Assembly: GCA_963713045.1 (NCBI GenBank)
Contig: CAVQKE010000003.1
Span: 352,001-416,000, forward strand
Length of the DNA stretch: 64,000 bases
DNA from: an uncultured delta proteobacterium
GTDB lineage: Bacteria > Myxococcota > Myxococcia > Myxococcales > Myxococcaceae
Direction: 5' to 3'
Positions 21,844-32,225 of the stretch are shown piece after piece. Numbering within the stretch: position 1 is the stretch's first letter; the number at the start of each line of letters is the position of its first letter. The notes beneath the pieces were generated by a model. The model had not been told where the DNA came from. It saw only the letters and a program-made list of their open reading frames with translations, and did no database searches. The translations under genes and the position numbers were made by a program.

Positions 21844-24666
21844 ATGGTTCAGAAGGGTGGACTTTTGGCGCGGATGCTCGGGCTTCTGCTTTCCCTGCTC
21901 GCCGCCCAGGACGGCGGACAACAGAAGCAAAGCCCGCTTGAGGCTTGCCGTGCCCAGCTTCAACGGCAGCCGAAGGCGCTCGGCCCGTACCAGTGCCTTC
22001 TGTCCGTGGGCCGGGAAGAGGGAGCAGCAGTGAAACGCCTTCTCGAGCGGCTGGTGCGCCTGCAGCCCGACGACCCGCGGCCGCGCTTCTACCTGGCGCT
22101 GGTGCGGGACTTCGCCGGCGAGGTGGTTGCCGAACGGGAATTCCTCCTGGCTGCCGAAGGCTTTCGCCGGGAAGGCGAGCCGGTTGGGCGCGTCTATTCG
22201 CTGACCTCGCTGGCGGCCAACCGGTGCTTCGTGCACGAGCACTGCGATGGCACCGCGGAAGGCTTTCTCACCGAGGCCGAACTGGTGGCGGAGGAGTCGT
22301 CCAACAACCACCTGCGCCGCTTGGTGCAACTTTTTTGGTTGCGCCTCTCCATCTTCAAAGATGAGGCCGCCCGCGCCGAGCGCGCAACGGCGAGACTCGA
22401 CGCGATTCCCAATGACGACCCGCCTTGGTTGAGTAGCCAACTCTTCGAGGCGAGGAAACGGCTCGCTGACGAGCGATTGAATTTTGACCAGGAATACAGC
22501 CTCTCTTCCGACGCCCTGAAGCACAGTGCAGCCGGCACGAGGATGCATGCGATTGCGCTGGCCAGTCTCGCCGAAGCGATGGTCGAGTTGGCCCTGCGCG
22601 GGCGGGAGGACAGAGCCGCCGCGGAGGGCGCGCTCCGCCGTGCGCTCGATGAAGAGCGAGCCCTCCACCTAGAGACAACCATTGGTGGAACCGGAACCTT
22701 GCGCACCACGGAAGCCCTCGCCCTCCTCCTTGGACCCACCGAGGAGTCGACGCGCCTCCTCAAGGAAAACCTCGCCCGCTATGCACAGGCGCCAGGATGG
22801 GGTCTCCAGCTCGCTTACGTCACCGAGTGGCTTCTCGCTCGAAACCTCGTCGACGCGCCCCCGCAGCGGCCGTTGGAGGCGCTCGCTCTCATCGACCGGG
22901 CCATCCAGCGCGCCGAGAACCACGGCCAGGTCTGGGACCATGCGCACGCGGTGCTGGCCCGGGCTTATGTGCTGTTTCAGTCTGGCCGGCGCGAGGAGGC
23001 GGTCGCCGCCGCTGACGCATCGCTCAAAGAGATGGAGCAACTCAGAGCCAAGCAGGAGGACATCGAGGTTCGGATTCGGTACGCGGACACGCTGGCGGAC
23101 GACTACGAGTTGCTGGCTGGGCTGACGCTCGACCCACATTTGGGTGCCGTTGGCCCAAAGGATGTCGAGTTCGCCTTCTCCATCACCGAGCGAATGCGCG
23201 CCCGCGCGCTCCTGGAGGATGTGCTTTCTCGCACCCGGGCCAAGCGGCTCTCGCAACGAGACGAAACCGAGCTGTCGCGGCAGATTCTCGCCTCTCACGA
23301 GTTGCTCCTGGACCCACATTCCTCGGTGGCTGGCAAGTTGGCAGCGGTCAAGGAGCTCCGCACGAGCGAGAGCCAATTGCTCGAGCTTCGGTCCCGAGGG
23401 GGGAACCTGCCCCTCCCAGAAGACGCACCCCCGTCCCTCACCACAATTCAGACTCAACTGTCGCCTCACGAAGCACTCATTTCGTTTCAGGTGTGGAGCC
23501 CAAGTGCGCGGGTGGATGCGCCCTTCGCCAATGGCCATTCGTGGGCCACCATTGTCACGGGCTCGGCGATTCGCGTCGTGTCCATCCCCAACGCAGACGC
23601 GCTCGAAACACCGGTGAGCTTCTTCCGGCAAATGTTGGGCCGCCGCGATGGCTCCGACGTCCCTGGAGGCGCCCTGCTGTACACCGCGCTGATGAAGCAG
23701 GTGGTGGAGTCACTGCCGCCCGAAATTGAGGACCTGGTGCTCATTCCCGACGGGCCGTTGCACCAGCTTCCCTTCGACGCGCTGTGGATGGCCCCCAAAG
23801 GGGGGTATTTGGCCGAGCGCTTCACCCTGACGCTCGCTCCCTCCGCGGCCATCTGGCTCGCCTTGAGGACAAGGCCACACGCGCCAGCAGGCCTGGCCCT
23901 GGCTCTGGTCTTGATGAACCCGCAGCTTGCCAGCGGCGCCTCGAGTGCAATGTCTTTGCGTGGAGCGCACCTGGAAGCGCTGACACAGGCGGACGCCGAA
24001 GGCCGTCGGGCGGTGCGAGCCTTCCCTCACGGAAGCCGCCTCATTTCCGGGGCCGCCGCCTCCAAGACGGCGCTTCTGGCGATGAATCTGGCCCCCTTCG
24101 CCCTGTTGCACTTCGCCACCCATTCCCTCGTCGACCCGGCCGCACCAGAGCGCTCGGCGATTGTGCTGGCCTCGGCCAATGCGGAGGATGACGGCTTGCT
24201 GCAGGTCGAGGACATTTTAAGGCTTGGCCTGCAAGACAAGACGGTTGTCCTGGCCTCCTGCAGCACCTTGGCAGGCACCATTCGCCGTTCCGAGGGGCTG
24301 ATGAGTCTGAGCCGCCCCTTCCTCGCCGCCGGCGCCCAAGCCGTGGTGGGCACCCTGCAGCGTGTCCGAGACACCGACTCCTCCAGGTTTTTCGACGACT
24401 TCTATTCGGCGCTGGAAAACGGCAATTCCCTGGCCGCCTCTCTCGCCGCCGCGAAGCGCGCACGCATTTCTGCTGGTGCCGCACCGGCCGCCTGGTCCGC
24501 CTTCGTCCTGCTCGGCAACGGAGAGGCGACGCCACGGAGGAAAGACGCCCGTCAGCCTGCTGGCGTGGCCGAGCTGGTCTGCGTGGCCGGGCTGGTGGTG
24601 GCACTTGCGGTCCGCCTCCGCCGGGCCCGGACTCGGGGCCGCGCCAGTGGCGCGCCGCGAAGCTGA
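21844..24666 (+). CDS. CHAT domain (caspase/HetF-like) protein with helical/TPR-like N-terminus, signal peptide and C-terminal anchor
   Basis: LIPDGPLHQLPFDAL, LLHFATH, VVLASC, EGLMSLSRPFLAAGA and WSAFVLLG CHAT motifs. Start could also be 21865 or 21874. Confidence 0.9.
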   Translation: MVQKGGLLARMLGLLLSLLAAQDGGQQKQSPLEACRAQLQRQPKALGPYQCLLSVGREEGAAVKRLLERLVRLQPDDPRPRFYLALVRDFAGEVVAEREFLLAAEGFRREGEPVGRVYSLTSLAANRCFVHEHCDGTAEGFLTEAELVAEESSNNHLRRLVQLFWLRLSIFKDEAARAERATARLDAIPNDDPPWLSSQLFEARKRLADERLNFDQEYSLSSDALKHSAAGTRMHAIALASLAEAMVELALRGREDRAAAEGALRRALDEERALHLETTIGGTGTLRTTEALALLLGPTEESTRLLKENLARYAQAPGWGLQLAYVTEWLLARNLVDAPPQRPLEALALIDRAIQRAENHGQVWDHAHAVLARAYVLFQSGRREEAVAAADASLKEMEQLRAKQEDIEVRIRYADTLADDYELLAGLTLDPHLGAVGPKDVEFAFSITERMRARALLEDVLSRTRAKRLSQRDETELSRQILASHELLLDPHSSVAGKLAAVKELRTSESQLLELRSRGGNLPLPEDAPPSLTTIQTQLSPHEALISFQVWSPSARVDAPFANGHSWATIVTGSAIRVVSIPNADALETPVSFFRQMLGRRDGSDVPGGALLYTALMKQVVESLPPEIEDLVLIPDGPLHQLPFDALWMAPKGGYLAERFTLTLAPSAAIWLALRTRPHAPAGLALALVLMNPQLASGASSAMSLRGAHLEALTQADAEGRRAVRAFPHGSRLISGAAASKTALLAMNLAPFALLHFATHSLVDPAAPERSAIVLASANAEDDGLLQVEDILRLGLQDKTVVLASCSTLAGTIRRSEGLMSLSRPFLAAGAQAVVGTLQRVRDTDSSRFFDDFYSALENGNSLAASLAAAKRARISAGAAPAAWSAFVLLGNGEATPRRKDARQPAGVAELVCVAGLVVALAVRLRRARTRGRASGAPRS

Positions 24667-24788
24667 CGTTCGACTTTCCCGAGGCGGCAGGGGTAGGGCC
24701 AGCCGCCTTGTTCCGGCTGTCTCCCTCGCGGCTCGGCGGAGCCCCCCAGGGGCCCGACGGCGCTTCGCGTCCAAAGAAGAAACACGTT

Positions 24789-27700
24789 TCACACCAGCTG
24801 AGGCTGGCCAGCGTGACAGCGCTCCACAAAGCGGCACCCCAGCGCCTGGCAGCGCTCGCGCACTTGCACTGGAGGAAGGCCCCCGGCAGCGTCCAGCAGC
24901 GACTGCAGCTGCTCGGCCAGAGCGGCCGTGGACAGCGGCGGATGGTCCAACCACAGAGGTTCCGCGTCCGGCCCGTCGACGAAGGAAAGCCCCACCCGGC
25001 GCTTGGGGGCCTTCGGCGCCGCCGCATGCCACAGCACGGACAGCGCCACCGGGAAGGCGGCGAGGCCCAGCGGCGGAGGGGCTCCCGGCGCAAGCAGGAG
25101 GAGGTGAAGCACGCCTTTCACCTGCCAGCCGAGGGGTGAGCGCGCCGACAGCCGCGCTCCCCCCACCGCGAGGACGAATTCGGCCGCAGAGACAGGCCCG
25201 GGGGCGTGCGTCGCCTCCTGCAGCGCCCGCGTGGCCGCCAGCGCCCGCAGTGGGCCAAGAAGGTTCAGCGCCCGCGCCTCTCCCAAGGACAGCCCGAGGA
25301 CGGCCAGCTGCGGGGCAACGTGGGCGTCACCGACGCCGGCGGCCCAGGCCTGCTTGGGCAGTGCGGCGGCCAGCGCCACCAACTGCCGGCCGCGCGCTGC
25401 GCGATGCCGCGCCGGCAGCGCCTCCACCCAGGACGCATCCACGACGTCTTCCGGCGGCGGCGGAAGGCCCAGCTGGTGCAGCAGCCAGTGCCGGCGCGGA
25501 CAGCGGCCGTAGTCCTCAAGGGCCGCGGCCCGCAGCGGCAGCCCTTCCCAGCTGGGACGCAGCGGCGTCCGGACACGGACCAGCTCGGCCAAGCCCCCTT
25601 CCAGCGCGCCTTCGGCCTCCGCCGGCGGCGGTGGCGGCGGGGCGGGCACTGGAATCTCCTCCGGCTGCAGCTGCTGGACGTGGGCGGCGACGTCTTTTTC
25701 TGCGAGGGCCGGCGCCAGGCGGTTGCGCCAAGCCTCGGGCGAGGGGCCACCCCCGGAGAGGATGAGGCGGTCCTGCGCCCGAGTGAAGGCGACGTACAAC
25801 AGGCGTCCGGCTTCGGCGCGGTCTCGGCGTTTGAGTTCGGCCTGCACCGCGACCCAGCGCGGCGTTCGCCGTGGCTCTGCGTCCAAGGGGCCTTGGGGTT
25901 TGAAGGCCAGACCGAGGCTTCTGTCCAACAGCAGCCTGTCGGTCGGCGCGCGGACGCCGGTGGTGGAGAGGTCGGCCACACACACCACCGGCCACTGCAG
26001 CCCCTTGGCGGCGTGAATGCTGAGCAGCTGCACCGCGTCCCCGGCCCGCGCCTCCTCCACGCCGCGCGCTCCGCCCAGCACCGTCTGCTGGGCCAGCACC
26101 CGCAGCCGCCTGGCCAGTCCGGCGGCGTCTCCGCGGGCGCCCGCGTCCCAGCGGCGCGCCAAGGCAAGCACGGGCACCAAGGCGGACAGCGTCTCCTCGG
26201 GCTCTGGCCCGGCGGCCAGCGCAGTGCGGTAGCCGGTCCCTTCCCAAAACAGCTCCAACAACTCCGCCGAGGGAAGCTGAAGCGGCAGCGTCTGCACACG
26301 CTGCAGCAACAGCGAGAAGCGCGCAAACCGCGCCCCCTCGTCGGCCGGGAGCCCGCGCGGGGGCGGCTTCAGCAGCGAGGAGGCAGCGAGGCGGCCGGTC
26401 TCGGCCAGGCGAAACACTGAGGCGTCCGAAAGGCCGACGAAGGGCGAGCGCAAAACGACTGCCAGGCTGAGTGCGTCGGAGGGGTCCGCCACCAGGCCCA
26501 GCAGGGCGGCGGCGTCGAGGGCGCTGGGGGCAGCGTAGGGGTTCAGTTCGCGCAGCACGCGGTGCGGAACGTGGTGGGTGCGCAGGGCGGCGCGGTAGGC
26601 CTCGAGGCCGCTCAAGCTGCGGAGGAGGATGGCCACGTCCCCGCCGCGCGCTCGCCGCAGCTGGCCAGCCTCCACCACCGTCTCGGGCGCGGCGTCCGAG
26701 AGGAGAAAGTGCAGCCAGCGCGCCAGCAGGTCGGCCTCGGCCTCTCGGCCGCTGCCGCGCCCAGCGCTCACCACCGGAAGCGCATCCACGCAGCGGGTAG
26801 GCCCCACTTGGGGGCGCACTGGCAGAAGAGCGTCTTCCTCCGGGCGGAACACCACTTCGTAGTCTCTCGGGGCGGCCGCGGGGGGGAGCGCTGCCGCCGC
26901 GGCGGCGTTCAAAACATGCAGCAGCGCCGGCTGAGAGCGCCGGTTGTCGCCGAGGAAGGCCCGTGCACCTCCTTCGGCCACCACCTTCTCGGCCAGCGTC
27001 GCGAAGGTGGAGACGTCCGCGCCGCGAAAGTCATAGATGGACTGCTTTCGGTCGCCGACCGCGTACAAAAAGCCCGGCTCGAGCGGCAGGGCCAGCACGG
27101 CCGCGCGGTTTTTGGCCAGCGGGCGGGGGCCTCCCTGGCGGGCTTCCGCCAGCAGCAGCACCAGCTCCAGCTGCAGTCCGTTGGTGTCCTGCACTTCATC
27201 CACCAACAGGGCGCCGGTGCGCGCCTGGGCGCTGGCCCGGAAGCCCACCTCATCCCGAAGCACGTCCCGGGCCGCCAGCAGCAACTCGGCAAAGTCCACG
27301 CACCCGGCCCGGCGAAGCCGGGTGCGGTAGTCCCCCTCCACTTGGGCGCACAACCGGCGCAGGGTGGCCTCGTGGGGGACGGCCCGGCAGCCGGCGTAGG
27401 CCGAAGCGACGCCGGGGGCCTCCAGCGCGCCATCCAACAGCGCATCACGGACGGCGTGGAGGACGTCCTTCAGTCCATTGCGTCCGGCCCGTGGAAGTGC
27501 GCCGGCCAGGGCCTCCAATCGGGCGAGGCGCTCCGGTGGGGCGTCGGCGTCCAGTCCGTGGAGGACGTCCAGCGCAGCTTGCAGCGTCCCGGCCACCTCA
27601 TCCGAAGCCTGAAGGGCCAAGGGCAGCGCCCGCTGCACAAGGCCCTCGGCGCGGGCCACCGCCTCCGCCAGCCGTGCGCCGGCCGCCTCCGGCGTCTCGA

Positions 27701-28325
27701 CGGCCACCTCCAGGGCACTCTGCCCCTCCTCCCTCAGGCGCACGGCGGTCCCCACCAGGTGCTCCAACAGCCCGCTTCCACGTCCGGTGCCGCGCAACTC
27801 GCCCTGGGCGCACAGCGCCTCCACCTCGGCATCTCCGGCGTCCAGCGCGTCCAGGACGGTTTGCTCGGCCGTGTCCACCAGCAATTGCAGGGCATCCTCC
27901 TCGCCCAGCAATTCAAAGGCCGCGGGAATGGGGCTGCCCGGCGGGGCCTGCCGCAACAGCCGGGCGCAGTAGGCGTGGAAGGTGGAAAGGGTGGCCATGT
28001 CCAGTTGGGCCTGGACGGCGCGCCAAAAGGAGGCTTGAGGCGGAGGCCTTCCCTGCGCGGCGAAGGCGCTGTCCAGCTCCGCTTCCGTGGCCCGCCCTTC
28101 GGCCAACGCCTCCACGCGCCAGCGCAGTCGCTCGCGCATCTCGGCGGCGGCCTTTTCGGTGAAGGTGAGAAGGCACAGCCGCGCCGGGGCCAGCGGCTCC
28201 CGGGGCCCGGCGCCGGCCAGTAGGCCGAGTGCCGCGGTCAGCAGGCCATGGGTTTTTCCCGCGCCGGCGCCGGCGAAGAGGCAGGTGTTGCGCGCCAACA
28301 CCTCCTGCAGGGCAACTGCGCTCAC
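24789..28325 (-). CDS. addA: UvrD-like ATP-dependent helicase, AddA-type subunit
   Basis: SF1 motifs AGAGAGKT, TFTEKAA, TFH, DEVQD, GDRKQSIYDFRGA, NRRS, SIHAAKGL and YVAFTRA. GTG start overlaps the addB stop. Confidence 0.85.
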   Translation of the reverse strand: MSAVALQEVLARNTCLFAGAGAGKTHGLLTAALGLLAGAGPREPLAPARLCLLTFTEKAAAEMRERLRWRVEALAEGRATEAELDSAFAAQGRPPPQASFWRAVQAQLDMATLSTFHAYCARLLRQAPPGSPIPAAFELLGEEDALQLLVDTAEQTVLDALDAGDAEVEALCAQGELRGTGRGSGLLEHLVGTAVRLREEGQSALEVAVETPEAAGARLAEAVARAEGLVQRALPLALQASDEVAGTLQAALDVLHGLDADAPPERLARLEALAGALPRAGRNGLKDVLHAVRDALLDGALEAPGVASAYAGCRAVPHEATLRRLCAQVEGDYRTRLRRAGCVDFAELLLAARDVLRDEVGFRASAQARTGALLVDEVQDTNGLQLELVLLLAEARQGGPRPLAKNRAAVLALPLEPGFLYAVGDRKQSIYDFRGADVSTFATLAEKVVAEGGARAFLGDNRRSQPALLHVLNAAAAAALPPAAAPRDYEVVFRPEEDALLPVRPQVGPTRCVDALPVVSAGRGSGREAEADLLARWLHFLLSDAAPETVVEAGQLRRARGGDVAILLRSLSGLEAYRAALRTHHVPHRVLRELNPYAAPSALDAAALLGLVADPSDALSLAVVLRSPFVGLSDASVFRLAETGRLAASSLLKPPPRGLPADEGARFARFSLLLQRVQTLPLQLPSAELLELFWEGTGYRTALAAGPEPEETLSALVPVLALARRWDAGARGDAAGLARRLRVLAQQTVLGGARGVEEARAGDAVQLLSIHAAKGLQWPVVCVADLSTTGVRAPTDRLLLDRSLGLAFKPQGPLDAEPRRTPRWVAVQAELKRRDRAEAGRLLYVAFTRAQDRLILSGGGPSPEAWRNRLAPALAEKDVAAHVQQLQPEEIPVPAPPPPPPAEAEGALEGGLAELVRVRTPLRPSWEGLPLRAAALEDYGRCPRRHWLLHQLGLPPPPEDVVDASWVEALPARHRAARGRQLVALAAALPKQAWAAGVGDAHVAPQLAVLGLSLGEARALNLLGPLRALAATRALQEATHAPGPVSAAEFVLAVGGARLSARSPLGWQVKGVLHLLLLAPGAPPPLGLAAFPVALSVLWHAAAPKAPKRRVGLSFVDGPDAEPLWLDHPPLSTAALAEQLQSLLDAAGGLPPVQVRERCQALGCRFVERCHAGQPQLV

Positions 28326-31300
28326 CGTCCGCCTTCTTTGCGCCGGGCGCCAATGCGGCAGAGGGCCCCATAGGGGCAAAACCCGCAGTCCACCGGGCGC
28401 GCCCCAAAGTCCCCGCGGCGGCTGTGCTGGACAAGCTGGTGCACGGCGTTGGCCAGGTTGGGCAGGCCTTCCGCCTGGGCCCGGGCCCGGGTGGGCCCAT
28501 CCATGGCCAGCAGCAGTGGCTGGCCGGAGGGCACTTCGAAGGGCTGGAATTCGCCGGACTTCAGCACCAGCCATCCGGCGCGCAGCGGCCGCGTCTCGCC
28601 CCGCGCGCGGACGGCCCACAGGTAGAAGGGCAGCTGGAAGTCGGTGATGAGGAGTTCGCGCGCCGCGTCCCGGCGCCGGCTGGCCTTGTAGTCCAGCACG
28701 CCCACTGCGGCCGAGCCGGCATCCAGCCGGTCCACCGTCCCGGTGAGGCAGAGTTCCGTCTCCTCCGGCAGGGCCGCTTCCAGGCGTACCTCGCGCCAGC
28801 CTTCTTGGGCGCTGGGCCGCCCGAAGGTGGCTTCCACTTCCACCGGCGCCAGCCCCGCAAACGGCAGGCCGTGGTGGGGGGCGTCCAGCACCCGCCGCAC
28901 CATCCACCGCGCGCGTTCGCGCGCCAGGGAGAAGAGGCGCGGATGGCCTGGGCTAAAGCGCGCCTGAAGCACGCGGGCCCCGTCGTCCAAGGCTGCCTCC
29001 ACCAGCGACGTCGGCACGTCCCGGAAAGGCCGGCCGAGAAGGCCCGCGGACGCAAGCCGTGGCAACAGGCTTTCCAGCACCGCGTGCCAGAAGCTGCCCT
29101 GTCCTCGCGCATCCAGGGCTTCGCCCGGCGCCTCCGGGGCCTCGAGGCGAAGCGTGCTGTGGGAAAAGCCTTGGAAAGCGCACCGGCCAAACTTGCCCAG
29201 GGTGCTGGCGGACAGCGGGGAGTCCGGCCCATAGGCGTAGGCCTGGGCCAGCGCGGGGGCCAGGTCCGCGTCCGTCACAGCCCCGCTGAAGCGGCCACTG
29301 GGCAACTCCGGGTCAAGGAAGGCGCGCAGGCGCTCGGCCTCCATGGCGCCCAGTGCGCGGGCCTCCACCAGCCAGCCTTCCTGCAGCCGGTCGAAAAGGG
29401 CACGGGCCCAAGCGTCCGGGACGTCCGCGGTGCCGGCCAGGGCCACCGCCTCCCGAAGCTGCGCCTCGGAGGCAGTCCGGACGAGGGGCACCACCGCAGC
29501 GTCCGGGACGTCCACCCGAGACACGCCAGCGCTTTTGGCGAAGGCCTCGAGGAAGGAGGCCGCTGCGGCAACGTCCTGGAAGCCGTCGTCGCGCGCGAAG
29601 CCCACCGCTGCTGCGTGGGCGCGGCCGAGGGCCACCCCGAGACGCCAGCCGTCCAAGGCCAGCGCCGCCGGCGGCCGGACGTCCGCCGAGCCGTAGCGGA
29701 GGGGAAAGGCGTCCCGCCCCAACGCGCGGTTGAGGTGGTGCCGGTCCTCGTCCGTCAGGGCCCCGGTACGGGCCAGCGGACGCGGGAAGCGGCCCTCGGC
29801 CAGCGCCACCGCGCCCAGCCAGGCAAACGGGCCCGCCTCGACGGCTTCCTCATAAAGGAGGACGGGCAGCCCACCCGGGTGCCCGGCCTCCGGTGGCAAA
29901 CGGTGGCCGGCAGCGGCCTGGGAGAGGAACGCCGCGAAGCCGGAGCGCTTCATCAGGGGGCCGCCGGTGCCCAGCGCCGCAAGGGCCCCCCGCGCCTGGC
30001 GCAGCAGGGCCCGCCAGGCCTCCCGGGCCTGCGCCTCCCGGGCAAGCACGCGGCACGCGGCGTCCGCAGGCGGCCCGGCGGGAAAAGGCGCCGCCGGTGG
30101 GGCGTCCCAGAAGCCCAAGGCGGACAGGGCACGCTGCCAGGCGTCGAGGTGTGCGGACAGCGTGGCTTGGGCCGGAAGTGCGCGCAGCACGGAGAAGAGG
30201 GCTTCGCAGGCAGAGAGCAGCCGCAGCACCTCGGCCCCTCGCTCCGTCCGTCCGCCCCGGCGGGCCAGGGCCTGCAGTCGCTCCCGGTAAGCCCCTCGCC
30301 CACCACTGCCACCGAGGGCCTCGTCGCGGACGCCGGCCCTCTCCAAAAGCGCGAGCGCTCCCTTGGACGCGCCGGGCGGCAGCGCGGGGAGAAGCCCGCT
30401 GGCCAACAGCCACGCCACCTCCTCTCTTGGGAAGGCGGCGTCCTGCAGGCGCGCCGCCAGTACCCCCAAGCGTCCAGCTGCCGTGGAAGACAGGGTCCGC
30501 GCCGGGCGTGTCCCCACGGGTAGGCCGGCGGCGCGCAGGGCCGCCACCGTCGCCTCGGCGGCGCCCGCCTCCGGGACGAGGACGGCACAGTCGGCCGGCG
30601 AGGCACCAGCCCGTACCGCCGCCCGCGCCTGGTGGGCCACCACCTGCGCCGCGGCGTCCGCGGTGGCCGCGCTAAAGGCCAGCACCGGACCGCCCTCGGG
30701 CGCCGGCCGGCCGAGGGTTTCCACGGCCTGGGCCAGCGGCGCCCCGTCCGGAGGCAACTCCCGCTGCAGCAGAAGGGGCGACAACTCGGCGTGGGCCTCT
30801 AAGGCCACAAACAGCGGCTCCAGTGCTGCGTCCAGGGTGGCCTCGCCAGTGGCGAGCACCTCCAACCGCACCGGGCGCCCGACGCGCTCGGCCAGCCGGC
30901 CCAGGGCCACCACGGCCTGCAACTGCACTGCGGCAAACGGCGGGTGCAGACGCAGGTGCAGGGCCCCAAAGGGCGCAAGCGCCTGCGGCCAGGCTTCCGC
31001 TGAGGCCAGGGCTGCGCGGGCGTCGTCCCACTGCCCGGCCGCGTCGGCCAAGCCGCGGCGGTGCAGCAGGCTTTCATAAGCCTCCAGGGCCTCGGCCACC
31101 GCGCGCAGGCGCTCGGTGGCGGCCCCACCGACTTGCTTCGCGACCACCTCCAACCGCCGCGCACGGACGCGGCCAAGGCGCGCTTCCTGGACGGCGTCCG
31201 CCCAGCCGGAGAGGCGCTCCACGTCAGACGCGCCCAGCGCGCCGCTGGCTTCCGTCACCACCGCCACCGCCAGCCAGCAGCCGAGGGTGTCCAGCGTGCG

Positions 31301-31444
31301 GCGCGCGTCCGGGCCGTCGGCCGCCAGCCTCTGGACGAATTCTTCCAGGGGCCAAACGGTGGCCCCTTCGGGTACGCCCCGCGGCGGGCGCCGGCCACCG
31401 GACACGGGGCTGACCCACAACAGCTGTCCCTGCATGTCCGCCAT
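28322..31444 (-). CDS. addB: AddB-type subunit with PD-(D/E)xK nuclease and Fe-S cysteines
   Basis: LSASTL...C, E, GTVDRLD, VLDYK, QLPFY and C-terminal CGFCPYGALC. Confidence 0.85.
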   Translation of the reverse strand: MADMQGQLLWVSPVSGGRRPPRGVPEGATVWPLEEFVQRLAADGPDARRTLDTLGCWLAVAVVTEASGALGASDVERLSGWADAVQEARLGRVRARRLEVVAKQVGGAATERLRAVAEALEAYESLLHRRGLADAAGQWDDARAALASAEAWPQALAPFGALHLRLHPPFAAVQLQAVVALGRLAERVGRPVRLEVLATGEATLDAALEPLFVALEAHAELSPLLLQRELPPDGAPLAQAVETLGRPAPEGGPVLAFSAATADAAAQVVAHQARAAVRAGASPADCAVLVPEAGAAEATVAALRAAGLPVGTRPARTLSSTAAGRLGVLAARLQDAAFPREEVAWLLASGLLPALPPGASKGALALLERAGVRDEALGGSGGRGAYRERLQALARRGGRTERGAEVLRLLSACEALFSVLRALPAQATLSAHLDAWQRALSALGFWDAPPAAPFPAGPPADAACRVLAREAQAREAWRALLRQARGALAALGTGGPLMKRSGFAAFLSQAAAGHRLPPEAGHPGGLPVLLYEEAVEAGPFAWLGAVALAEGRFPRPLARTGALTDEDRHHLNRALGRDAFPLRYGSADVRPPAALALDGWRLGVALGRAHAAAVGFARDDGFQDVAAAASFLEAFAKSAGVSRVDVPDAAVVPLVRTASEAQLREAVALAGTADVPDAWARALFDRLQEGWLVEARALGAMEAERLRAFLDPELPSGRFSGAVTDADLAPALAQAYAYGPDSPLSASTLGKFGRCAFQGFSHSTLRLEAPEAPGEALDARGQGSFWHAVLESLLPRLASAGLLGRPFRDVPTSLVEAALDDGARVLQARFSPGHPRLFSLARERARWMVRRVLDAPHHGLPFAGLAPVEVEATFGRPSAQEGWREVRLEAALPEETELCLTGTVDRLDAGSAAVGVLDYKASRRRDAARELLITDFQLPFYLWAVRARGETRPLRAGWLVLKSGEFQPFEVPSGQPLLLAMDGPTRARAQAEGLPNLANAVHQLVQHSRRGDFGARPVDCGFCPYGALCRIGARRKEGGR

Positions 31445-31538
31445 GGCCGGCTTCCCCTGTATGGGCCTGGCCTGACAGCCCGGACCTAGGGGGGAACCGG
31501 CCGTCGGCCAGGCCCCGCGGGGAAGGCCCGCCAGTGGG

Positions 31539-32075
31539 TTATGGGACGGGCTGTCCGGGGCAGCGGGCCAGCGCTGAGGCGAAAGCGCCTCGCGCCTCTG
31601 GGCTGAGGGTGGCGGTGTGGGCCACCACCGCAGCGCAGCCTTCGGTGCCCAGCGAAGCCAACGCCTCCGCTGTCCGTCGCTGCAGCGGGACGCCAGCGGA
31701 GGCCAACACAGGCCGCAGCACGCCCACCGCCTGCGCCGCGGGCAGCGTCAGGGCGACGGCGCGAGCGGCCGCGGTGCGCACAGCCAGCGGCTGCGTGACA
31801 TCGGCCACGTCTGCGGTGGCGATGGGGGCCGCGCGGGAAGCGTCCACCAAGGCCAGGGCGCGCAGCGCGCGCGCCCGGCGGGAGGGCAGCGCGTCGTTTA
31901 GGGCAATGGAAGCCAACAGCGGCGCAGCGTCCGGGCCCAGCGCCTTCCAGCGTGCGTCGGAAATGGGCACGTCAATGGTGCTGAGGTACGTCTCCACCGT
32001 CTGCTTCAGCGCCTCCTCTGAGGGCGCAGCCAGTGCAGGGAGGGAGAGGAGAAGCAGGAGGGGGAAACGACGCAT
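31539..32075 (-). CDS. Secreted HEAT-repeat-like protein
   Basis: Signal peptide MRRFPLLLLLSLPALA; repeats RARALRALA, VRTAAARAVA and QRRTAEALA. Confidence 0.7.
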   Translation of the reverse strand: MRRFPLLLLLSLPALAAPSEEALKQTVETYLSTIDVPISDARWKALGPDAAPLLASIALNDALPSRRARALRALALVDASRAAPIATADVADVTQPLAVRTAAARAVALTLPAAQAVGVLRPVLASAGVPLQRRTAEALASLGTEGCAAVVAHTATLSPEARGAFASALARCPGQPVP

Positions 32076-32225
32076 GGGGTCTCCAGGCAACGGGGACAAA
32101 AGGGGGGGGCGGCAACCCAAACGGCGCCACGAAGTCTGTATTGGACAACAAAAGGGGAAGTGAAGCCACCGGCCTTCCACCGGCCCGGCACCGCGGGGCG
32201 AAACCCCGACGGGCTGGGCGGCGCC

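Noticed and set aside
28326..28907. About 190-aa N-terminal extension of the AddA ORF
   Set aside because: Overlaps the AddB nuclease domain out of frame; the GTGA overlap at 28322-28325 gives a natural start just before Walker A.
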